Assembly: GCA_964472715.1 (NCBI GenBank)
Contig: CAYYMT010000001.1
Span: 13,321-77,320 of the forward strand
DNA: 64,000 nt
From: an uncultured bacterium
GTDB lineage: Bacteria; Fidelibacterota; UBA2242; JAFGTP01
Direction of reading: 5' to 3'
This document shows, piece by piece, positions 9,519 to 18,998 of this stretch. A program made the position numbers and the translations under genes. The notes under the pieces are model-generated. The model saw nothing but the letters and a program-made list of their open reading frames with translations. It was not told where the DNA came from and did not search any database. Position 1 is the stretch's first letter. Every line of letters starts with the position of its first letter.

Positions 9519-9916
9519 GTTTCTTCTAATTTAAAACACCGGTGGTCAGATATAAATCTTGTAGAACGACCTTCCGGGTCGTTCAATGTTTGCCTGAGCG
9601 GTAAAATATATAACCAGAGGAATTAATTGCTTTAGATAACGCTACATAAGCAGGAGGCCTGTGCTACAAATTTATAAATCGCCAAAATACCTTTGATGAA
9701 ATATTCATGCGCAGGATTATGAATATCAACGCTCTTCCTGCGATAATTGACCAAAGACCCGGCGCGATACGTCCGCAAAATTGACCGCGGAACATTCAAA
9801 CCAATCACTTTAATTTGATGGTTTCGTATTATATCCATGAGGATTTTTGTGTAGCCGTAATTGAAACTTTCCCGGGATTTACGGTTTAACAAATTAATAA
9901 TAAACGCATTACATGA

Positions 9917-11749
9917 TTACCTGTTATGTAAACATATCCATATTTTTTCAGCCAGTTTCGGGCCGATTCCTTCCACATCACAGAGATCCTCAACTGACAG
10001 CGCTTTGATTCTCTCAATTGATTTATAGTGATTATACAGCGCCAGTTTCTTCTTCTCACCTAAACCGGGGATGTCATCCAGGATCGATCTGACAGCCGCC
10101 TTATTACGGGTTTTCCGGTGATAGGTAATGGCAAACCGGTGGGATTCGTCACGAATACGCTGCAACAAGGTCAGCGCCGGGTTATCTTTCGCTAAAATAA
10201 TCGGCTCAGATTGTCCGGGACGGAATATCTCCTCCAGCCGTTTTGCTATTCCGATGATTGGAATTTCATCCAGTTCCAGGGTATTTAATTCATATTTTGC
10301 CGCGGACAATTGCCCTTTGCCGCCGTCGATTAAGATAAGATCGGGCAATTCCAGGTTTTCTTTAAGAACCCGTGTATACCGGCGCTTCACCACTTCCGCC
10401 ATGGAGGCGAAATCATTGGCTCCTTTTACTGTCTTAATTCGATATTTGCGGTACTGACTTTTTTTAGCGGCACCATTGACAAAACAAACCATTGAAGCGA
10501 CTTTATACCGGCCGCTAATATTAGAAATATCAAACCCTTCAATTCGACGAGGCAAATCCTTTAGATTAAGTGATTCTTTTAATTTACTGATAGTCAGAGG
10601 TGTATAATTTTCAAACTTATTCTTCTTCGCGATATATTCTTTCAGTTTTAATTGAGCATTTTTTTCCGCCATTCCCAGTAACCGGCTTTTACTTTTACGG
10701 GTTCCCTTCAGAATTTTCACAGCTTTTCCGGCTCTCTGTTTTAACCAGTCATTCAGCAGCTCCCGATTTTCCGGAAGTTCTTCAACAATGATTTCATTAG
10801 GAAAATTTTGGGTATTTGCATAGTAACTTTGGATGAAATTTTCAAGGACAATAGTATAATTGTCCTCATTTTTACAATCCAGGAAGAATGAATCCTGGTT
10901 GATCACTTTTCCCTGCCGGATTTTTAGCAAAATTGCACAGGCTTTTTCCTCGTCAATGGAAATATTGACCAGATCACGGTCTTTCAAATCAGTATCTTCC
11001 ACTACCTGACGTCTATAGAGGTTGTTAATCAACTTGATGTTATCCCGGTACTTAGCCGCTAATTCAAATTTCATTGCACCTGCCGCTTCTTTCATTCGTT
11101 TCTCAAAATACGCCAGCACCTCATCTGTTTTTCCATTGAGAAAGTCTTCAATCTTATTGATCATCTCAATATAATGATCGCGGCTAATATTCTTAATACA
11201 AGGCGCTTCGCAGCGGTTAATATGAAAATTCAAGCAGACTTTCTGATGGTCGGGGCCGGTATTTTCCGGGGTTAATTTCCGGTTGCACCGCCGCACAGGA
11301 AATATTTTTTTAATCAGATTGATAGTGTTTTTCAACTTTCGCGATTCCGTATAGGGACCGAAGTATTTTCCGCCATCATCCTCTAACTTTCTGGTAGTAA
11401 ACACCCTGGGATAATAATCATTGGTGATTTTTACGTAGGGAAAGGTTTTGTCATCGCGTAAAAGGATATTGTATTTTGGTTTATGCTCCTTAATGAGATT
11501 ATTTTCCAGTATCAGGGCATCAATTTCTGAATTTGTTATGATAAATTCCACATCAGCAATATTACGTACCAGTTTACGGGTTTTCAAATCTTTGGAAGAA
11601 GTATTTATAAAATAGGAATTTACCCGTTTTTTAAGGTTTCGCGCTTTACCAATGTATATAATTTTACCCTTTTGATTTTTATAAAGGTAACAGCCGGATT
11701 CTACCGGGGCATTTTTTATTTTTTCTTTTAAATGATCATTCTGCAACAA
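9917..11749 (-). CDS. uvrC: Excinuclease ABC subunit C
   Basis: 610 aa. N-terminal GIY-YIG motif GCYLYKNQKGKIIYIGKARNLKKRVNSY. Length and the C-terminal HhH region are typical of UvrC. Confidence 0.9.
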   Translation of the reverse strand: MLQNDHLKEKIKNAPVESGCYLYKNQKGKIIYIGKARNLKKRVNSYFINTSSKDLKTRKLVRNIADVEFIITNSEIDALILENNLIKEHKPKYNILLRDDKTFPYVKITNDYYPRVFTTRKLEDDGGKYFGPYTESRKLKNTINLIKKIFPVRRCNRKLTPENTGPDHQKVCLNFHINRCEAPCIKNISRDHYIEMINKIEDFLNGKTDEVLAYFEKRMKEAAGAMKFELAAKYRDNIKLINNLYRRQVVEDTDLKDRDLVNISIDEEKACAILLKIRQGKVINQDSFFLDCKNEDNYTIVLENFIQSYYANTQNFPNEIIVEELPENRELLNDWLKQRAGKAVKILKGTRKSKSRLLGMAEKNAQLKLKEYIAKKNKFENYTPLTISKLKESLNLKDLPRRIEGFDISNISGRYKVASMVCFVNGAAKKSQYRKYRIKTVKGANDFASMAEVVKRRYTRVLKENLELPDLILIDGGKGQLSAAKYELNTLELDEIPIIGIAKRLEEIFRPGQSEPIILAKDNPALTLLQRIRDESHRFAITYHRKTRNKAAVRSILDDIPGLGEKKKLALYNHYKSIERIKALSVEDLCDVEGIGPKLAEKIWICLHNR

Positions 11750-12060
11750 TTAATATTCTCCTGATATTGCTGTAAATTACTGAAACTTTATTTATTTAAC
11801 AAAGGTTTGACAAAATGACAGACAAAAAATTCACTTTAAATATTTATCGTAACCTACTCATTTAAAGTATATTAAATTTATTAACTGTCAAGATCTTCAA
11901 GTGTTTTTATTATGTATGGTTTTTCCGTGCGTTGGCACTCATAGTTTTTGTTTTTTTAATTATGAAAATTTTTAAATTGATCTGTACGCTTGTTCTTCTG
12001 ACATTATAAAAAATTATCATTAAAAAAGGTAAATAACTGATGTTAAGAATTTTATATTGT

Positions 12061-12087
12061 TTGAGATGCTACCCAAAATGGTATAAT
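12061..12087 (+). promoter_or_regulatory. Sigma70-type promoter with an extended -10 (TTGAGA, 15 nt spacer, TGgTATAAT)
   Basis: TTGAGA at 12061-12066 and TGGTATAAT at 12079-12087, inside the ORF-free tract. Transcription would start at ~12094 and run into the palindrome at 12126. Confidence 0.4.
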
Positions 12088-12125
12088 CATTATTAAAATT
12101 CGAATCTATTTCATATTTCACTGTA

Positions 12126-12147
12126 GTGGACAATTCGAATTGTCCAC
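12126..12147. promoter_or_regulatory. Perfect 22-bp palindrome GTGGACAATTCGAATTGTCCAC (candidate operator or RNA hairpin)
   Basis: The sequence and its reverse complement are identical. It sits ~30 nt downstream of the predicted promoter and just upstream of a second TTGACA...TATAAA-like element. Confidence 0.5.
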
Positions 12148-12975
12148 AAGGTTTGACAGAGCCTCGAGTTTATAAAATTTACCGTTTTGGGGGAAGCTTA
12201 GCGAAAACAGAGGCAGTTGTTTATCTTTTCAGGTAATATTTTTTAACCAAGGAAAAGTGAAGATCGTTAGTTTTAATCAACCACTACAATCCAACAAATA
12301 TCATGTAATCTCACAGTTGTTTTTACTATAGGTAATCCGTATTACCACGTTTTACAAGTAAAGAAGAACAAAATCCAAAAATAACAACTGGTCCACCAGA
12401 CATGTAGGTTGTCAATTACTGAGTGTATATCTTTTAAGATACCAGATTGTTATAATATTTCAAATATAACTATATATTACTGTTTTTAACTTCAATCAAA
12501 CTCTATAATAGTTTGATATATAGTTTATTAAAGAATTTGGATAAAGTTAAAGTATATATGCGTTTTATTTGGATGATTTTAGTTTATTATACTGGCTGAT
12601 ACCGTGGAATTTTAAGACTCCTCTCCTACTCCCTGTTATTTTAAAATTACCTGGTTACTATTTTGGTTGATTTTTTCTTCCCTGGTTTTAGTCTGATGAT
12701 TTATAGGTACTTTTTTTGTACTGTAGATGACATTTCCGATTGTCATATTTCGGGTTATTTCATGTGACCACGAATTTTATACGAACAAGTATCCGGATGG
12801 CTATAAACAAGACATGCAAAAAGATTTTTTTCGCACGTAAAGAGGGACTTTATGAGATTTATTTGATTTATTAGAGGAGAGATTTAATTACAGGCCACCA
12901 GAGAAACGATCTCACTATGGCCTGTATTCTAAGTTGGAATTTTTGAAATCTTAAATTGATTTATGACAAAATATT

Positions 12976-13359
12976 TCATTTTGGAAAGAAAATTTTGTCC
13001 AAACTAAATTTTCCTGAACCTTTGGCGGCGATAAACAAAAAAACGAAACAGTAGAGTGCCGCTAATTCTCCCCCATTTTGAATCGGCAGCAGGGCATTGG
13101 TTCCATGCGCCATCCAATAGGCAAAAGCCATCAGGCCACTAGCCAGAAACGCAGCCCAGCGTGTCAGGAATCCGGCCATTACAAATAAGCCGCCAATGAG
13201 TTCTATCCCCCCGGCAATATATTTTACCATTGCAGGCGCGCTATTGGAAGAGGGCGGAAATCCTAATAATTTTTGACTACCATGCCATAATAATAAAAAT
13301 CCCGCGACAATCCTGAGCGCAACATAAATTTCTTCTTCATACTTTTTTAAAAACGTCAT
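12976..13359 (-). CDS. DoxX-family membrane protein
   Basis: 127 aa with 3-4 TM segments. ALRIVAGFLLLWHGSQKL and the C-terminal hydrophobic helices are typical of DoxX. Confidence 0.6.
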   Translation of the reverse strand: MTFLKKYEEEIYVALRIVAGFLLLWHGSQKLLGFPPSSNSAPAMVKYIAGGIELIGGLFVMAGFLTRWAAFLASGLMAFAYWMAHGTNALLPIQNGGELAALYCFVFLFIAAKGSGKFSLDKIFFPK

Positions 13360-13688
13360 TGCATTCCTCCCTATTTTTCATGTCAGATATGTATTTATTA
13401 AATTTTTACTTCTTCTTCCAGTTTATATTAAATTTTTTTGAAAACCACTTCTATTATCTTAAGAATGGAATACAAGACTCATGAAATGGCGTCCATTTCG
13501 CATAAACATCACCCTTTAGTGGCTGTCAGATCGCAAGGGTATACTGTATTATAAATTTCGGAGATCTTCCAAAACTCAGATATTTTTTTGTTGACTGAAA
13601 AATTAAAAACCCAAAAAAGTCCTTTTATTTTTATTTTTCCGGCAATATATTTAGTTGATGTTACCGATAACATTAGAAATAACAAGGG

Positions 13689-16379
13689 ATGAATATGAAA
13701 AAAATTTGTATCTTAGCATTAACGATCATTACCGGAGGTATGCTGATGGCTTCTGAAAATTTTCAAACAAGTTTAGCGACTAACTGGCAATTATTTTCAT
13801 CTGAAAATATTGAACAAACAGGTGATGTAATTTCTACAATTACCTTTAAACCAATTGAATATTACCCAACTAATATTCCAAACACAGTAATGGCGACACT
13901 GGTGGAAAATGGCGAATATGAAAACATTTTCTTTGGAAAAAATCTCGAAAAAGTCGATAAATCCCGCTTTGAAAAGCACTGGTGGTACCGCAAAACCTTT
14001 GATTTCGATCAACAGGACATGGAAAATATTCAGTTGATCTTCCAGGGACTAAACTACAAAGCAAACATTTGGCTGAACGGAGAAAAAATCGGAGACTCCT
14101 CGAAAATTGAACAGTCTTTTCGTATATTCAATTTTAATGTTACCGGTAAACTCAAATCTAAAAATAATGTCCTGGCAGTCGAAATTATTCCTCCTGTAAA
14201 AGGTGATCTGGCAATCGGATTTGTAGACTGGAATCCCTGGCCCCCGGATAATAATATGGGGATTTGGCGACCCGTAAAGTTACAATTTTCACGTGCTGTT
14301 TCCATGGAAAAAACCTTTGTCCAAACCGACGTTAATACCACGACACTCGAAGAAGCTGACATAAAAATTTCAACTACAGTAAAAAATCATTCCGATAAAA
14401 ATGAAACTGTCACCATTGCCGGAAAATTTGATAATATTTCTTTTTCCAAAAAACTGACCTTAAAGCCAAGTGAAAAACAAAAAGTAAATTTCTGTTCAAA
14501 GGATTATCCACAATTACATATAGAAAACCCAAAACTCTGGTGGCCCAATGGCCTGGGGGAACAACCCCTTTATGACCTGAAACTTACCGCAACCGCAAAC
14601 AAAACCCTCTCTGATATGGAAACTGTGCGTTTTGGCGTCCGTGAATTTGGTGCTTACATGAACAATCTTGGTCATAAGCAATACACCGTCAATGGCAAAC
14701 GTGTCCTTATAAAAAGCGCCGGCTGGGTGGATGATATTTTTCTCAATGATACGGACCGGAAAGTCCGCGATCAACTGGCCTATGTCAAGCACATGAATCT
14801 CAATTCTGTCCGTCTGGAAGGCTTCTGGGGAAGCAGTAAAGCCCTTTATGAAGCAGCTGATGAACTGGGGCTGATGCTGATGATCGGCTGGAGTTGTCAC
14901 TGGGAATGGGAGGGCTATTGCGGTCGGCCTGAAACCCAATATCTCTCGATCCATACCAAAGAAGATCAGGCCCTTCATACGCAAGCCTATATAGACCAGG
15001 TGGAATGGCTGAGAAATCATGCCGCCATTTTTACCTGGGTGTTTGGCAGTGACAAACTTCTTCGTCCTGAATTTGAAAAATCACTGACGGCAGCAATTGT
15101 TGACGCCGATCCTACCCGTCCGGTTTTATCCACCTGCAAAATGATGGATTATGATGTGGCATACACAATGAAAAACAGTTGGAACTATGATGAGGTTGAA
15201 GATTACCCGGATTTCGACGGCTTCCCCAATAATCCAAACTATAGTGAAATCTCCGGCAATCCCGGCGTAAAGATGTCCGGCCCTTACGCTTACACACCGC
15301 CGAAATACTGGTATGAAAACCGTAAACTCGGCGGCGCTTACGGATTCAACACAGAGACCGGTCCCGGCGCTCAGGTTCCGCCTCTGGAATCCCTGAAAAA
15401 AATGATTCCCAAAGACAAACTCTGGCCGGTAACCAATGATGTTTTTCAATTCCATAATGGCAGGAATGAGTTTCAGACCCTTGACCGTTTTCTCAATGCC
15501 TTCAATAAAAAATATGGTGAATTTGACAATATCGATGAATTCGCAAGCTACTGTCAGTTATCCAATTACGAAACCATGCGTCCGATGTATGAAGCCTTCC
15601 AGGTGAACCGCCCGGTTGCCACAGGAATCGTGCAGTGGATGCTTAATTCCGCCTGGCCGGAAACCTTCTGGCAATTATACGACTGGTATCTGATGCCCAA
15701 TGGCGCTTTTTACGGGGCTTTGCATGGTTGCCGGCCGATAAATATCGCGTTCAATTATGACGACAGAAATATCTATGCTGTGAATGAAAAACTTCATGCC
15801 CTGGAAAACTTAAGGGCAGAAATTCAGGTATTCGATATTAATTCCAACCTACTGCTATCCCATGCGACAAAAGTCAGTATTCCGGCCAATGAATCAGCAT
15901 TGATATATGACATGCCGCATATTGAAGGACTTACAAAAACCTACTTCCTGTCCTTAAAATTAAAAAATGATCAGAATGACCTGGTGGCTGATAATTTTTA
16001 CTGGCTCTCAACCCGTGAAGCGGAACTGGATTATAAAAATTCCGTCTGGTTTTTCACACCAATGACGCAATACGAAGATTTCACAGCTCTTCGCAATATG
16101 GATAGAGTGAAAATTCAAGAGTCCCATAACTTTACGAAAACCAAAGAGGGAACTGAACTATCAGTGACGTTCGAAAATCCAAGCGATAAGATCGCCTTTT
16201 TTATTGAATCGAAAATTGTCGACAAACAAACCGGCGAATCAATCCTGCCGGTATTTTTCAGCGACAATTATATCTCTCTCCTGCCGGGAGAAAAACGAAC
16301 ACTTACGGCACATATAAATGGAAGGGATCTCAACGGGAAAACTCCGGTGTTCAAATACTCCGGGATAAACCTTAAATAA
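13689..16379 (+). CDS. Glycoside hydrolase family 2 (beta-mannosidase / exo-beta-glucosaminidase-like), secreted
   Basis: 896 aa with a signal peptide. GH2 N-terminal sugar-binding region WWYRKTFD...LIFQGLNYKANIWLNGEKIG. TIM-barrel region with NSVRLEGFWG and WSCHWEW. Confidence 0.65.
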   Translation: MNMKKICILALTIITGGMLMASENFQTSLATNWQLFSSENIEQTGDVISTITFKPIEYYPTNIPNTVMATLVENGEYENIFFGKNLEKVDKSRFEKHWWYRKTFDFDQQDMENIQLIFQGLNYKANIWLNGEKIGDSSKIEQSFRIFNFNVTGKLKSKNNVLAVEIIPPVKGDLAIGFVDWNPWPPDNNMGIWRPVKLQFSRAVSMEKTFVQTDVNTTTLEEADIKISTTVKNHSDKNETVTIAGKFDNISFSKKLTLKPSEKQKVNFCSKDYPQLHIENPKLWWPNGLGEQPLYDLKLTATANKTLSDMETVRFGVREFGAYMNNLGHKQYTVNGKRVLIKSAGWVDDIFLNDTDRKVRDQLAYVKHMNLNSVRLEGFWGSSKALYEAADELGLMLMIGWSCHWEWEGYCGRPETQYLSIHTKEDQALHTQAYIDQVEWLRNHAAIFTWVFGSDKLLRPEFEKSLTAAIVDADPTRPVLSTCKMMDYDVAYTMKNSWNYDEVEDYPDFDGFPNNPNYSEISGNPGVKMSGPYAYTPPKYWYENRKLGGAYGFNTETGPGAQVPPLESLKKMIPKDKLWPVTNDVFQFHNGRNEFQTLDRFLNAFNKKYGEFDNIDEFASYCQLSNYETMRPMYEAFQVNRPVATGIVQWMLNSAWPETFWQLYDWYLMPNGAFYGALHGCRPINIAFNYDDRNIYAVNEKLHALENLRAEIQVFDINSNLLLSHATKVSIPANESALIYDMPHIEGLTKTYFLSLKLKNDQNDLVADNFYWLSTREAELDYKNSVWFFTPMTQYEDFTALRNMDRVKIQESHNFTKTKEGTELSVTFENPSDKIAFFIESKIVDKQTGESILPVFFSDNYISLLPGEKRTLTAHINGRDLNGKTPVFKYSGINLK

Positions 16380-16406
16380 AAGAATCCTTTTGTCGCACCA
16401 CTAACA

Positions 16407-16445
16407 GAAAGGCGGTTGTTAATAGCCGCCTTTCTTCTATTTTGG
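16407..16445 (+). terminator. Rho-independent terminator after the GH2 gene
   Basis: 9-bp stem gaaaggcgg / ccgcctttc with a 10-nt loop, then a T-rich run ttcttctatttt. It overlaps the 3' end of the convergent glycerate kinase gene. Confidence 0.55.
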
Positions 16446-17537
16446 ATGTTTATGGAAAACCTGTGAAATTGCCTGTGGTAAATATTTTTTAGGATTTTTA
16501 ATAGTATCCTCGGAATCGTCAAAATCAATCAATTGTATAACTTCTTGAAAATCAGAACTATCAGCAGAATCATACTTTCCAAAAATACCGGTCACCGGTT
16601 TATTTTGATTCCGGCAGCGGGATACTATTTCCGCGATGATCTTTCCCTGTCCCGATTGCTCATCAAATTTTCCTTCGCCGGTCAGGACATGATCGACATC
16701 CTTTAGAATATCATCAAATCCTAAAGTATCAAGAACAAGGTTACTGCCGGAAACCAACTGCGCATCCAGAAAAGCGATTAAACCCGCTCCCAGTCCGCCG
16801 GCGGCCCCGGCACCCGGAATATTTTTAATATTGCGGCACAGGTTTGTTTGAAACAGACTGCTTAAATTTTCCATATTTCTTTCCAGAATTGGCAGGTCTT
16901 TTTTTGTGGCGCCCTTTTGTTCCGCATAGGTAAAAACCGCGCCCCTTTTGCCCAATAACGGATTATTGACATCGCAGGCGACGTTGATTTTCAGGACCGG
17001 CAGAATTGGCGCTTTGATCTCTGCTATTTTTCCTATTAAATGACCAGTCATTTTTTCATCGATCCGATTGCCCTGCTTATCATAAAATTCAAATCCCAGC
17101 GCCTGTGCCATTCCGGCGCCGCCGTCACAGGTGGCGGAACCGCCAATTCCCAAAACAAAATTTGTAATGCCCCGGTCAACAGAATTCCTGATGATTTCAC
17201 CCAATCCATATGTCGTCGTTTTTAAAGGATTTTTTTTCCTGTCTGACAATAATTGCAGGCCGGCGGCATGTGCCATTTCTATATAAGCTGTGTCATCTTT
17301 GATACCATAGGCGGCATGAACCGGATTTCCGAGGGGCCCGGCAACATCCAGTTCTATTCGTTGCATGGAAATATTATTCATCATAATTTCCAGAAAATGC
17401 TCTCCTCCGTCGGACACCGGTAAAGTCAATATCTCAATTTCCGGCCATTTCCTGTGGATTTCATCAGCAAGAAATTCACACAAATCAATCGCGTTGATAC
17501 TTTCCTTAAAAGAATCAAAAGCAAGTAGTAGTTTCAT
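16437..17537 (-). CDS. glxK: Glycerate kinase
   Basis: MKLLLAFDSFKESINAIDLCEFL...LPVSDGGEHFLE matches the glycerate kinase N-terminus (MKIVIAPDSFKESLSA...PIADGGEGT). 366 aa. Confidence 0.85.
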   Translation of the reverse strand: MKLLLAFDSFKESINAIDLCEFLADEIHRKWPEIEILTLPVSDGGEHFLEIMMNNISMQRIELDVAGPLGNPVHAAYGIKDDTAYIEMAHAAGLQLLSDRKKNPLKTTTYGLGEIIRNSVDRGITNFVLGIGGSATCDGGAGMAQALGFEFYDKQGNRIDEKMTGHLIGKIAEIKAPILPVLKINVACDVNNPLLGKRGAVFTYAEQKGATKKDLPILERNMENLSSLFQTNLCRNIKNIPGAGAAGGLGAGLIAFLDAQLVSGSNLVLDTLGFDDILKDVDHVLTGEGKFDEQSGQGKIIAEIVSRCRNQNKPVTGIFGKYDSADSSDFQEVIQLIDFDDSEDTIKNPKKYLPQAISQVFHKHPK

Positions 17538-18346
17538 TTTTGTTTCGATAATTGGTGAACGGTTTTCAAAATGAGTTTTCGCGGTAATAACCGGTTGGAA
17601 AAGGCCATGATCTTGTTCATCAACCCGTGGACAGCCAGTCGTTTTCCTTTCATCATGGCATTAATCCCGTATGCTGCCACTTCTCCGGCGTCAGCAATTT
17701 TCGTTTGTTTGAAAAGTCCCGAATTCCCCAGTTCGGCATTGTCTTTAAAACCGGTTCCCGTGGGTCCGGGGCAAAGTGTTGTAATCGTCACATTGCTGCT
17801 GCTGATTTCCTCGGCAATCGCCTCCGACAGATAGAGTACAAAACTTTTGGTCGCATAATAAACAGCCATCAATGGGCCGGGCTGAAAAGCAGCGGTTGAA
17901 GCGACATTCATGATCCGTCCCTCATTTCTTTTCAGCATATCTTTCAGGAATAATTTGGTCAGCCAGGTCAGGGCAATAATATTGAGCTGAATCATATCAT
18001 ATTCCTTTTCCCAGTCGGTTTCGGTAAACCTGCCATAATATCCAAAACCCGCATTATTGATCAAATAATCAATCTGTATATTTTCAAGTCTGACAATGTC
18101 ATAGATGTCCTTTGCCGAGTCAATTTCACTCAGGTCGCGGATAATATTGAAAACTTTGATATTATGTTCTGCTTCCAGATCGATCTTCATTTTTTCCAAA
18201 ACATGTTCGCTGCGGGCGACCAGCACCAGGTTGATATTTTTTGCGGCCAGGATCTTTGCCATTTCATATCCTATTCCTCCGCTGGCGCCTGTAATTAATG
18301 CGGTTTTTGACATCTGCCTACCTCCTTTTTTAATTCCTTCGTTCAC
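17534..18346 (-). CDS. Short-chain dehydrogenase/reductase (SDR) family oxidoreductase
   Basis: ALITGASGGIGYEMAKILA matches the TGxxxGxG cofactor motif. NAG, YxxxK and the overall length (270 aa) also fit an SDR. Confidence 0.8.
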   Translation of the reverse strand: MNEGIKKGGRQMSKTALITGASGGIGYEMAKILAAKNINLVLVARSEHVLEKMKIDLEAEHNIKVFNIIRDLSEIDSAKDIYDIVRLENIQIDYLINNAGFGYYGRFTETDWEKEYDMIQLNIIALTWLTKLFLKDMLKRNEGRIMNVASTAAFQPGPLMAVYYATKSFVLYLSEAIAEEISSSNVTITTLCPGPTGTGFKDNAELGNSGLFKQTKIADAGEVAAYGINAMMKGKRLAVHGLMNKIMAFSNRLLPRKLILKTVHQLSKQK

Positions 18347-18365
18347 CTGTAATTTCTTTATTCTA

Positions 18366-18818
18366 TCAGGATTTATTATCCAGCAATGTGTTCATTTTTT
18401 TTATGTTATTCACCAGCCGTTGAATGATCTTATCCTTGATTTTATTTTTTATGGAAAGATGAAGTCGTTCCATGACAATATCATCAATTTTCATTACCAG
18501 GGAATCTTCATTGGCTATCACCGTTGCCGATCTGGGCTCGCGGGTCAGGAAAGACATTTCCCCAAAAAAACTGCCGGCGTTAATTCTTTTGACAATATTA
18601 TTGTCCGTTACAATCGAGACGGAGCCTGACAGGACAATATAGAAATCAAAATCCCGCTTTCCTTTACGGATTATGGGTTCGGCTTTATCATACAGAAAAA
18701 CTTCGGTTTCCCGAATCAGCATCCGTCGCAAATCCAGTTTTGAAAAATTCTCAAAAAAATCCAGCCGTGACATTATATTGAGCATTTTTTCCGTATCAAT
18801 AGTAATATTTTTTGGCAT
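18366..18818 (-). CDS. Stand-alone cyclic-nucleotide-binding domain protein
   Basis: 150 aa. FFGEMSFLTREPRSATVIA matches the cNMP-binding PBC motif FGE...R.A. There is no DNA-binding or other output domain. Confidence 0.65.
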   Translation of the reverse strand: MPKNITIDTEKMLNIMSRLDFFENFSKLDLRRMLIRETEVFLYDKAEPIIRKGKRDFDFYIVLSGSVSIVTDNNIVKRINAGSFFGEMSFLTREPRSATVIANEDSLVMKIDDIVMERLHLSIKNKIKDKIIQRLVNNIKKMNTLLDNKS

Positions 18819-18998
18819 ATAAGACTATCCTGTTTTTGAGTTTAAATATTCACATAATTCCGGTCATTATCAAGAACCAATTTATCGGTGCCGCCGGTCA
18901 CCAAAAATAAATAGAAATAATATCCTTTTTCATTGCTTGTTACGTGAATGATTAATATTTTTGTCAGCGAGGAAATTAACAATGAGGGGAATATTATA

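Noticed and set aside
9632-9892. An 86-aa basic ORF in the uvrC-ccsA convergent intergenic region.
   Set aside because: No recognisable motif, and no convincing RBS or promoter. The region also contains an 8-bp-stem hairpin at ~9576-9597. The ORF cannot be supported from sequence alone, although it could be a genuine small protein.
11750-12975. I looked for tRNA, tmRNA or RNase P RNA in the ORF-free tract.
   Set aside because: No GTTCGAATC-type T-loop in a GC-rich cloverleaf context (the only TTCGAAT is AT-flanked), no tmRNA tag-peptide reading frame, and no CCA-ended acceptor-like stems. A known-family structured RNA is not supported by eye. An Infernal scan would be decisive.
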